Shown here: piece by piece, positions 55,342 through 62,708 of the stretch
Position numbering within the stretch: position 1 is the first letter of the stretch
Layout: each line of letters starts with the position of its first letter
Sequence record: MN850631.1
Strand: one strand, 5' to 3'
From: Escherichia phage mio
DNA length: 64,000 nucleotides
The notes under the pieces: model-generated
What the model was told of the DNA's origin: nothing
Databases searched by the model: none
The model's input: only the letters and a program-made list of their open reading frames with translations
Translations under genes and position numbers: made by a program

Positions 55342-55689
55342 CTAATACTTTGCATGTCTTACCCTATGGCAATTTGAACATAGCAAAACACATTTGTCAA
55401 GTTCATCTTTTAGCTCTTGAGAGAACTTAAGGCTTTTCCTATGACCAATGTTAAAATCTTTATCTGAAGGATTCAAATGATGGAAGTCATACACTGCTGG
55501 ATGATACTTTTTACCACAATCATGACAAACCCCACCTTTGTACTCAATAGCTGAGAGTTTAAGTGCTCTTTGTCTTTCTATGGTTTGCTCATTAACACAC
55601 TTTTTACAGTATGAATGAGTTCTTCTACCATCTTTCATGTAGAAATCATTTTCATCCTTGCTAAGTTTGCACCTAATACAAGTTTTCAT
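55342..55689 (-). CDS. HNH homing endonuclease
   Basis: ORF 55342..55740 trimmed to ATG 55689 (upstream part overlaps a tRNA); CxxC ... HHLNP ... CSNCHRVRH HNH/zinc motif. Confidence 0.6.
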   Translation of the reverse strand: MKTCIRCKLSKDENDFYMKDGRRTHSYCKKCVNEQTIERQRALKLSAIEYKGGVCHDCGKKYHPAVYDFHHLNPSDKDFNIGHRKSLKFSQELKDELDKCVLLCSNCHRVRHAKY

Positions 55690-55703
55690 GATTTCTCCAA
55701 AAT

Positions 55704-55785
55704 TGGTCGAGGCGGCAGGACTCGAACCCGCATACTCCACTTACTCGGTTAACGGCGGTTTAGAAGACCGCTGAGATACGCCCCG
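55704..55785 (-). tRNA. tRNA-Arg-like (anticodon-type loop CTTCTAA = UCU), structurally anomalous
   Basis: 82 nt; T-arm GCGGG-TTCGAGT-CCTGC and acceptor CGGGGCG/CGCCTCG, but the UCU hairpin sits where the D-arm should be, followed by 23 unassigned nt. Confidence 0.35.
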
Positions 55786-56078
55786 TAATTATCTTTAAAG
55801 ACTCTCTTAGAAAGCCCTTAAAGATGCCCACCTTATTAATCATACCGTGGGCTAGTACGCCAAATTCTTTGATGAGGGATTGGAAGACCTCACTGGTGTT
55901 TAGCCTATCAAGCTACTGCCAGAAAAACATTGTCGTTTGCATTTATTTTAAATTTGCAAAATAGACGCTACGCAACGAAAACTATTCAGAATATGTACAA
56001 CAAATTTCCCCACATTGTGTTACGTCTAACGCTCATGTATTGGTGTTTGAATTATACATATTATGAAGTATTTTAGTT

Positions 56079-56107
56079 ACTATAAAGTGGTCACATCTCA
56101 ATGTCAA
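56079..56107 (-). promoter_or_regulatory. sigma70-like promoter driving minus-strand transcription into the tRNA array
   Basis: Minus-strand TTGACA (rc of 56102-56107), 17-nt spacer, TATAGT (rc of 56079-56084). Confidence 0.5.
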
Positions 56108-56122
56108 CAACTTTATTGAAAT

Positions 56123-56198
56123 TGGTACTGGTAGGTGGAATCGAACCACCGATATTCCCTTATCAGGGGAGTGTTATAACCTTCTTAACTATACCAGC
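56123..56198 (-). tRNA. tRNA-Ile (anticodon GAU)
   Basis: 76 nt; anticodon loop CTGATAA, T-arm GGTGG-TTCGATT-CCACC; CCA encoded. Confidence 0.65.
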
Positions 56199-56199
56199 T

Positions 56200-56276
56200 T
56201 GGAGGTTCAGATGGGAATCGAACCCACATTCATAGGGCTTATGAAACCCCTGCATTACCTTATCTGCGACTGAACC
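56200..56276 (-). tRNA. tRNA-Met (anticodon CAU; three G-C pairs in anticodon stem, initiator-like)
   Basis: 77 nt; anticodon stem GGGGT/GCCCT with loop TTCATAA; T-loop GGGTTCGATTCCC; CCA encoded. Confidence 0.55.
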
Positions 56277-56280
56277 ATAT

Positions 56281-56356
56281 TGGTAGAAGTGGAGGGATTC
56301 GAACCCATCGCCTGTCAGATTAAAAGTCTGCCGCATCACCATTCTGCTACACTTCC
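56281..56356 (-). tRNA. tRNA-Lys (anticodon UUU)
   Basis: 76 nt; anticodon loop CTTTTAA; scaffold nearly identical to the CUU Lys tRNA at 54602-54677. Confidence 0.6.
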
Positions 56357-56361
56357 ATTAA

Positions 56362-56504
56362 ATTATCTTTGTAGATAAGCTACCCAGACTTGCTTAAGGT
56401 CTGTAGCGATGTGCATTGTTGGGTTTAAATCTAGAATTTACCCTTTCACCCTTTGTGGTCGCATACTCACAGGTAAGCTTAATAACTTATCTACAAAGAT
56501 AATT
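56362..56504 (-). ncRNA. structured element with 19-bp perfect terminal inverted repeat (candidate ncRNA or mobile-element remnant)
   Basis: AATTATCTTTGTAGATAAG (56362-56380) and its exact reverse complement CTTATCTACAAAGATAATT (56486-56504) enclose about 105 nt with internal hairpins; no T-loop; strand unknown. Confidence 0.35.
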
Positions 56505-56505
56505 A

Positions 56506-56636
56506 CCAGACCGTTGTTTATCATCTTAAGTGCTACCATTACACCAACTCGACCTCTGCCGAGTGAAGGAATCGAACCTTCGCCTTTTCTTTACCGAGAA
56601 ATAGATTGTTTAAGCTTTGCTGTAAACGGTCTTCTG
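56506..56636 (-). ncRNA. circularly permuted tRNA-like element (candidate Y-RNA-like ncRNA or permuted tRNA gene)
   Basis: In minus-strand sense: variable-arm hairpin TTTCT-CGGTA-AGAAA, T-arm GAAGG-TTCGATT-CCTTC, acceptor-like hairpin ACTCGGC-AGAG-GTCGAGT, D-arm-like GTG-TAATGGTAG-CAC, then TTAAGAT pairing back to ATCT and an 8-bp outer helix AGACCGTT/AACGGTCT. Confidence 0.45.
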
Positions 56637-56810
56637 TAAATTTGTTGAGCCAGACCAAGTTTTAAATTTTTCAAAATTAAATTGGCTTGAAATTTTAAGT
56701 AACTTGCTGTATTTGGTCTTCTGCTCCTTTAAAGAATACTCGTAAGAACTCTTTAAGGGAGGGGCTAAATAGCCCTCTCAAAACATCATTTTGAAATACT
56801 TATTATAATT

Positions 56811-56888
56811 TGGCGGTTACGAAGGGACTCGAACCCTCATCATCTCCCGTGACAGGGGAGTATTTTAACCATATTAAACTACATAACC
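56811..56888 (-). tRNA. tRNA-Asp (anticodon GUC)
   Basis: 78 nt; anticodon stem CTCCC/GGGAG, loop CTGTCAC; T-loop GGGTTCGAGTCCC; CCA encoded. Confidence 0.65.
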
Positions 56889-56894
56889 TTCATT

Positions 56895-56982
56895 TGGTGT
56901 GCCGTGTAGGAGTCGAACCTACCGAGTCTCAATGACAAGGGATTTACAGTCCCCACCGCTACCATCTACGGGATAACGACAC
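56895..56982 (-). tRNA. tRNA-Tyr (anticodon GUA), type II
   Basis: 88 nt; anticodon loop CTGTAAA, long variable arm, T-arm GTAGG-TTCGACT-CCTAC; CCA encoded. Confidence 0.6.
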
Positions 56983-56991
56983 ATTTAAATT

Positions 56992-57068
56992 TGGCGGTTA
57001 GTCAGGGATTCGAACCCTGTGCCATTCGCTTAACAGGCGACCGCACATACCTTATGTGCTTCCTAACC
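56992..57068 (-). tRNA. tRNA-Asn (anticodon GUU)
   Basis: 77 nt; D-stem GCAC/GTGC, anticodon loop CTGTTAA, T-loop GGGTTCGAATCCC; CCA encoded. Confidence 0.65.
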
Positions 57069-57145
57069 TTAATACATTGCCAGACCGTGTTTTTTCTTTT
57101 ATCCGCAAAAAGTAGTTTGTTGCTGCATACAGTCTTCTGCAAAAT

Positions 57146-57222
57146 TGGAGGCGGGTGCAGGAGTCGAACCTGCCGATACCATGCTAATGAGACATGTGAG
57201 ACGCCCTTTCTCTATACCCGCA
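57146..57222 (-). tRNA. tRNA with CAU anticodon (Met or Ile2-type)
   Basis: 77 nt; anticodon stem CATGT/GCATG, loop CTCATTA; 1:72 mismatch in acceptor; T-arm GCAGG-TTCGACT-CCTGC. Confidence 0.5.
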
Positions 57223-57313
57223 ATTCTTAATGACCAGACCAAATCTCTTCTTTGTCCGATTTACCTTCAGATGAATAAGATTAAGTTTGCTGTAATTGGT
57301 CTTCTGTCAAAAC

Positions 57314-57391
57314 TGGCGTTCCAGAAGGGATTTGAACCCTCAGATATCCACTTTGAAAGAGTGGTGACTTTACCATTTTGTCTACTGGAAC
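57314..57391 (-). tRNA. tRNA-Glu (anticodon UUC)
   Basis: 78 nt; anticodon stem CCACT/AGTGG, loop CTTTCAA; T-loop GGGTTCAAATCCC; CCA encoded. Confidence 0.65.
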
Positions 57392-57398
57392 ATTAATT

Positions 57399-57476
57399 TG
57401 GTCTCTGTTGGAGGACTTGAACCTCCGGCCTTACCGCCCCAAACGGAACGCTCTACCAAGCTGAGCTAAACAGAGA
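57399..57476 (-). tRNA. tRNA-Pro (anticodon UGG)
   Basis: About 78 nt; canonical D-arm AGCTCAGCTTGGTAGAGC, anticodon loop TTTGGGG, T-arm GGAGG-TTCAAGT-CCTCC; CCA encoded. Confidence 0.7.
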
Positions 57477-57593
57477 TAAACTTTTCAAACTCTATGTAAC
57501 CACTTTAACATTATTTTTTAGTGATTGTCAAGAACTTTTTTAAAATATTTTTCAGTATCTTAGAAAAGCTCTCATTTCGTTTCTATGTAGAAC

Positions 57594-57622
57594 ATATTAA
57601 AGGGTATTAAACACATTGTCAA
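57594..57622 (-). promoter_or_regulatory. sigma70-like promoter at the head of the tRNA array
   Basis: Minus-strand TTGACA (rc of 57617-57622), 17-nt spacer, TAATAT (rc of 57594-57599); overlaps a 7-bp hairpin GGGTATT/AATACCC just downstream of the Rsr-like gene stop. Confidence 0.5.
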
Positions 57623-57640
57623 TACCCTTTTTAAAACTTT

Positions 57641-59056
57641 TTACCAGATATAACGGTCAATCATTACTGCTTTGAGCATTACGCTGATTGGGTCAAACTT
57701 CTCACCACCAAGCAGAGCTTTTAAAGTGGCTGGAGAGAAACCAGATACCATTGCTACACCGTTATCCTTAACAGACACTTCGCAAGTCCCATTACGGTTT
57801 GCTAAGTACCAGAATACCAGTTGTGGCATCTCATATCCAGATTTTTTGTACTTACTCTGAATTGCTTCAAAGTTTGTACGACCATTAGCTCCATCAACCT
57901 GATTGAACTCCATATCAGAGAAGATGATAAGCTTACTTGGCATATCTTTCTGAGTCAAGTTGTTTCTTTTACCTACCTCAAGAATGCGGTCAAAAGCTGC
58001 TTGTAAGTTAGTTGAGCCATATTCAACGTGTCGCATCACCTGACGATGACGGTTTTGTAAATCACCACTCAGTTCGATGAAGTGAGGGTTTGTTGAATAA
58101 ACCATTAACTCGTTCTTAAAGCAACCTGTATTGCGTTCTGCTACATACAATGCAAGTGATACACCAATATCAAGAGCAGTAATTGAACCAAAATTCACCC
58201 AAGACATTGAGCTTGAGACATCAGTCATACACAAGATGTTTTCACCCTCTGCCATCCAGTTTGGTAGTGCTTTCCACTGCTCATTAGCAACATCTGCATT
58301 ACCATGCTTAACAGATTTAATCACATCGTATGGGTAAACAGCACCAGCGTTAATCTTAGACTCACCCTTTGAGAGTGATTCGATGTAAGCTTTGTAACGT
58401 TCTCCATCTTTACGGTTAAAGAGCTTTTGGTAACGTGCAGCAGCGAGTGAAGGAATCTTGCTGTAGTCAATCTTACCAAACTCATTAGCAGAGATTTTTT
58501 GCTCAACCGTATCAGACAGTGCAGATAACAGTGTGCGGTACTCTTTCTCGCTTAAGTTTGCAAACTTACAGAAACGTTTTACAAACTGTTTGTGGCGTGG
58601 TTTTACTCGTGGCAGCCACTTAGCTGCTAAACCTGCTGTTGCAGGGTCTAGCAATGCTGCTTCTAAATGCTTGAAGGCATCTGTCTCAAAACGAGTACCT
58701 ACGAAGATTTTGAAGTCATCAAAACGACCAAGTTCTGCAATCTTATCCATAATGCGAAGAACCTGTGTAGGCTCTAAAACTTTATCTTCAATTGCTTGAA
58801 GCAAGACAGTTCTGAAGGCTTTACGCTCACCCATACCTTCTCGTACATCTCGCATATGCAGTAAAATACGAACTGCGACATCAACATCCTCACGCAAAGC
58901 TTTGTAGAACAGGTCTGGTAAGATTTCTACATTGCTACGGCTTGAACCAGCAGCTTTGTAAAAGTCTACAAGAGCAGACATTGATGAAGTATGGTTTACA
59001 GCACCATTTTCAGTTCGACCTGCATGAAGGTGCGCATGTTTAAATAATTCGCTCAT
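57641..59056 (-). CDS. Ro60/Rsr-like protein (TROVE-like N-terminal region + von Willebrand factor A domain)
   Basis: 471 aa; C-terminal vWA with MIDAS-type CMTDVSSSMSW plus IIFSDMEF, SKYKKS and GFSPATLKAL, which parallel segments I recall from the Ro60 vWA domain (DVSASM, IVFTDNE, REYRKK, GFDTGALDV); N-terminal 260 aa helical; memory-based comparison only. Confidence 0.5.
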   Translation of the reverse strand: MSELFKHAHLHAGRTENGAVNHTSSMSALVDFYKAAGSSRSNVEILPDLFYKALREDVDVAVRILLHMRDVREGMGERKAFRTVLLQAIEDKVLEPTQVLRIMDKIAELGRFDDFKIFVGTRFETDAFKHLEAALLDPATAGLAAKWLPRVKPRHKQFVKRFCKFANLSEKEYRTLLSALSDTVEQKISANEFGKIDYSKIPSLAAARYQKLFNRKDGERYKAYIESLSKGESKINAGAVYPYDVIKSVKHGNADVANEQWKALPNWMAEGENILCMTDVSSSMSWVNFGSITALDIGVSLALYVAERNTGCFKNELMVYSTNPHFIELSGDLQNRHRQVMRHVEYGSTNLQAAFDRILEVGKRNNLTQKDMPSKLIIFSDMEFNQVDGANGRTNFEAIQSKYKKSGYEMPQLVFWYLANRNGTCEVSVKDNGVAMVSGFSPATLKALLGGEKFDPISVMLKAVMIDRYIW

Positions 59057-59137
59057 ATTTTACTCTCTTCTCTCATCTGTTGTTTGATGTGACAGACTTT
59101 AGAGCAACTTTGTAGAGTCTGTCAACATCTTTTAAAA

Positions 59138-59509
59138 TTATTTTTTGAGAGTCGCTACAGCAGAGAACGTTGGTTTGTTATCTGTCTGAGACTGACCACC
59201 ATTATCAGGTGTCTTCTTAGTGTCTGATGCAATCGCTTTCATCTCACCTGCTGAGTGAGTCATGATAGTTTTACCAGCTTCCATCATCGACTTCAGGTTT
59301 ACATCGTCAGTCGTCAAACCGAACTCTGCAAGCTTAGCAGCGTCCCTTGTAACAACCGCTTCAAACAACTTTGCAGCAAACTCAGCAGAATTATCAATGG
59401 TCAGTTGAGCTTTTACGAGTGAACTTTTGTTACGAGAGCCTTTTGGTCTTCCAGATGGGTTTCCAGACTGGCCTTTTTTAAACTGGCCTTTGTTTGTTCT
59501 GTTTTTCAT
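59138..59509 (-). CDS. hypothetical protein with basic N-terminus
   Basis: 123 aa; N-terminal KKGQSGNPSGRPKGSRNK. Confidence 0.35.
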   Translation of the reverse strand: MKNRTNKGQFKKGQSGNPSGRPKGSRNKSSLVKAQLTIDNSAEFAAKLFEAVVTRDAAKLAEFGLTTDDVNLKSMMEAGKTIMTHSAGEMKAIASDTKKTPDNGGQSQTDNKPTFSAVATLKK

Positions 59510-59636
59510 TGGTATGCCTCTTATAAGACCTCTTAAAAGGCTTTTAAGATAAAAGATAGATATCCAGAAAGATATCTGTTTAAATAGCCTTTTTAGAGGA
59601 ACCTTTTAAGTTATCTTCTAAGTATTTATAAGCCTA

Positions 59637-59660
59637 CACCTTGTCAAGTACCTTGTCAAC
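59637..59660. promoter_or_regulatory. conserved divergent-region box CACCTTGTCAAGTACCTTGTCAAC
   Basis: 23/24 identical to the box at 18907-18930; followed by plus-strand TTGACT (59685-59690) + 17 nt + TACCAT. Confidence 0.4.
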
Positions 59661-59901
59661 AACTTTTTTAACTTGCAATAGTTCTTGACTTGTTGTATGG
59701 ATTACTGTACCATCTTACTTAAAGCTGTAGGTCTGCCTTGTTCTACAAAGGAGACTTAATGAGAAAATCAAATAAACCGAAGAAAGGTAAGAATACCAAT
59801 CACTGTAAGGAATCAAAAAGGGTAGAGTTAATCTACTATTCATCCTCTGAAATTGGTCTGTACCTGTTCTTTCAAAATTACAGAAGACAAGAGGATTATC
59901 T

Positions 59902-60135
59902 ATGTGTAGTTCCCAATTAGAAATCGCAGATATTATAGATTTATATCAAACTGCAAAGAGTCATGGCTATATAACCTCAATTGGAAAGAATAGTCACTAT
60001 GATGCTTTGACTGGAATGTATTTCAGGGCAATGGCTCAATCTAGTGAACAACACTTAATGGTTTCTTCCAGTGAGTTTACTTCGTTTCTCTATTGCAGCA
60101 AAATTATAAACCGCAGGAGAACTGAAAAATGTTAA
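59902..60135 (+). CDS. hypothetical protein
   Basis: 77-aa ORF. Confidence 0.35.
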   Translation: MCSSQLEIADIIDLYQTAKSHGYITSIGKNSHYDALTGMYFRAMAQSSEQHLMVSSSEFTSFLYCSKIINRRRTEKC

Positions 60136-60719
60136 CAGTAAGTTTTAATTACAATAGTGATGGCTCTGTGTCAATTAATTCACCGTATGCAAATGACCTA
60201 TTGAAAGAATTAGTTAATCAGTGTGATAGAGGTCTTCACTATGTTCCAAATTCTTTTAAACAAAAGACTATTGCTAATAACTTGATGCGTGTAACAGTGA
60301 CGACATCGAATCCAAATTATGATATTGATAGTGGAAGTCCTTACTCTTTAGTGGCTCTTGGAGAACTAAATCAATTTAAGCTTGTATGCCACGACTCAGA
60401 AACATTTCTTAAGGTATTTTCCAGCCTTATCCATAATAATAAGTACAGCTACGTTGATGGTAGTGTAAACTTCTATCCAGCAAACTATACATGCCTATTA
60501 ATTGATAATATGGGAAGTGGCAAGCTTGAGCCTACAGAAATTTCATTTGATGTGAACTCTAGTCCAGACGCAGAAACAAGTAAGAACTTTGATATGAGTT
60601 ACGCATTGTCACTCAGTAAGAAATCCGAGTTCATTGATTATGTCAATGGATTTGGTTTTAAGTTTGATGAGAGTATGAATCTCAAAAAACTTAAGAACCT
60701 ACTTAAGACCAAAGCTTAA
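60129..60719 (+). CDS. hypothetical protein
   Basis: 196-aa ORF. Confidence 0.4.
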   Translation: MLTVSFNYNSDGSVSINSPYANDLLKELVNQCDRGLHYVPNSFKQKTIANNLMRVTVTTSNPNYDIDSGSPYSLVALGELNQFKLVCHDSETFLKVFSSLIHNNKYSYVDGSVNFYPANYTCLLIDNMGSGKLEPTEISFDVNSSPDAETSKNFDMSYALSLSKKSEFIDYVNGFGFKFDESMNLKKLKNLLKTKA

Positions 60720-60910
60720 GTGTGAATAGGGGCTGATGCCCCTTTAATTATTTATAAGTACACCCCATAAGGTAAAATTGTAAAAGACTTTATTGCTCCC
60801 ACAACTACACATCAATTCCGTGAAAATAGTGAAGTGCGTCATTGTTGGTGATGTGTCCCACTACATAAAGTTTATTTGAGATTAAACGCACATTTAGAGG
60901 ATAAAAAGAA

Positions 60911-61795
60911 ATGATTAAAGCAAAGACTTACCCAGACTTCAAAGAGTTTGTGAAGGGCTTCATTGCAAACGTAAAAGCTGGTAAGAGATATGATTTTAGA
61001 ACATATCAAGAGGCTATTTTACCACTCACCTATAGTTCGTATTGGCCTGAAGCTGATATTGCAGAAGTTGAGGAGTTTGACTACAAACCAGACTACAAAG
61101 TTCCATTTAGTGATGATTTGCTTTACAGCGTTGGTGCTCAAATGAGAACTTCTGACTTCTTCATGGACTTACAATATGCAATTATCAATGGTAAAGACGT
61201 TGACACAGTGTATTGTGAATGGTTGGCAAGAGTTAAGCCGTTCTCAATGTTGAATGCTAAGCTGAAGGATGCTATTAAGCCACCAGCAATTACTCAGCAA
61301 CCAACAGGCCAAACAGTCAATGAGGGTGGCACACTTACTTTAAGTGTTCTAGCAACTAACGCCACTGGATATCAGTGGAAGAAGGATGGTGAGGACATCC
61401 ACAGTGCCACTTCTGCAACTTACACAAAACAATCCGTAGCACCTTCTGACGCTGGTTCATACACTTGTGTTGTATCTGGAGAGGGTGGAACAAGTGTCAC
61501 CTCAGATGCAGCAACGGTTACTGTTAACGCACTGCCTGTGATTACACAGCAACCTTCTAGCCAGACCATTAATGAAGGTGGAAACATCAGTCTATCAGTG
61601 ACTGCAACAGGTGCAACAGGTTATCAGTGGAAGAAGGGTGAAGAAGTCATCCCAGACGCAACTGCTGCAACTTACACCAAAGAAGGTGCAACCGCTGCTG
61701 ATGCAGGAAGCTACACCTGTGTAGTGACTGGCGCAGGTGGCTCTGTAACATCTAATGCGGCAACAGTTACAGTTAACCCAGCAGAGGAGGCATAA
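60911..61795 (+). CDS. protein with two tandem Ig-like (Big/I-set-type) domains
   Basis: 294 aa; two about 90-aa repeats ITQQP(T/S)(G/S)QT(V/I)NEGG...ATGYQWKK...A(T/S)YTK...DAGSYTCVV...AATVTVN. Confidence 0.45.
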   Translation: MIKAKTYPDFKEFVKGFIANVKAGKRYDFRTYQEAILPLTYSSYWPEADIAEVEEFDYKPDYKVPFSDDLLYSVGAQMRTSDFFMDLQYAIINGKDVDTVYCEWLARVKPFSMLNAKLKDAIKPPAITQQPTGQTVNEGGTLTLSVLATNATGYQWKKDGEDIHSATSATYTKQSVAPSDAGSYTCVVSGEGGTSVTSDAATVTVNALPVITQQPSSQTINEGGNISLSVTATGATGYQWKKGEEVIPDATAATYTKEGATAADAGSYTCVVTGAGGSVTSNAATVTVNPAEEA

Positions 61796-62259
61796 TGCAA
61801 CTCTCAAGAAAAGGTTTAGAAGCTATTAAGTTCTTTGAAGGTCTTAAGCTGGAGGCTTACGAAGATTCTGCCGGAATCCCAACAATCGGGTATGGTACAA
61901 TCCGTATTGACGGGAAACCTGTTAAGATGGGTATGAAAATCACGGCTGAACAAGCTGAACAGTATCTTCTCGCAGATATTGAAAAGTTCGTTGCAGCAGT
62001 GAACAAATCCATCAAGGTTCCAACTTCTCAGAACGAGTTTGATGCACTTGTAAGTGAAACATACAACATTGGCATCACAGCTATGCAGGATTCTACATTT
62101 ATCAAGCGACATAATGCTGGTGACAAGGTAGGTTGTGCAGAAGCTATGCAGTGGTGGAACAAGGTTACAGTCAAAGGTAAGAAGGTCACTTCAAACGGCC
62201 TGAAAAACAGACGTAGAATGGAAGCTGACATTTATCTTGACAGTGTATATCCAAAGTAA
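61795..62259 (+). CDS. endolysin, T4-lysozyme-like (GH24) muramidase
   Basis: 154 aa; N-terminal LEAIKFFEGLKLEAYEDSAGIPTIGYGT matching the catalytic E...D...T region of phage lysozymes. Confidence 0.65.
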   Translation: MQLSRKGLEAIKFFEGLKLEAYEDSAGIPTIGYGTIRIDGKPVKMGMKITAEQAEQYLLADIEKFVAAVNKSIKVPTSQNEFDALVSETYNIGITAMQDSTFIKRHNAGDKVGCAEAMQWWNKVTVKGKKVTSNGLKNRRRMEADIYLDSVYPK

Positions 62260-62309
62260 TATCTTCATAGGCTCCTTCGGGAGCCTTTTTATTTTCTAAG
62301 GAGAAAACT

Positions 62310-62708
62310 ATGAAGCTTTGGGCTAGTGACTTTGGAACTTTTAAGTACACTCGTGATGGTTCAATGGTGAGGATTATTGGCAGCCAGATTGTAGTAAGGG
62401 GCGATGAGGTTTGTACAAAGTTCACTGTAGAGTTAGCTGAACTATCACCTATTACCCGTGCTAAGAATGGGTTTTTCAGGTTCGAGACTTACAAAGTCGA
62501 TGAGTACGGTCGGTTCAACCCTCTTGGAGAGAGTGGATTAGATATTATTTCTGAACACCCATTGACAGCAGAGCAATTGTCAGGTTATTATAAAACTCTA
62601 CTTGAAAGAGAGTTAGCAACCCACGAGTGTGAAGCAAAATATCACATAGAGCGTTGTGAGACACTCAAAGAAAAGATAAAACTAGCAGAGAGAGGTTTTT
62701 ATGAATAA
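62310..62708 (+). CDS. hypothetical protein
   Basis: 132-aa ORF. Confidence 0.35.
   Translation: MKLWASDFGTFKYTRDGSMVRIIGSQIVVRGDEVCTKFTVELAELSPITRAKNGFFRFETYKVDEYGRFNPLGESGLDIISEHPLTAEQLSGYYKTLLERELATHECEAKYHIERCETLKEKIKLAERGFYE

Noticed and set aside
52100-57500. CRISPR array as explanation for the repetitive tRNA/spacer region
   Set aside because: Repeats are tRNA cloverleaves and degenerate spacer boxes of variable spacing, not identical direct repeats with unique spacers; no cas genes in the window.
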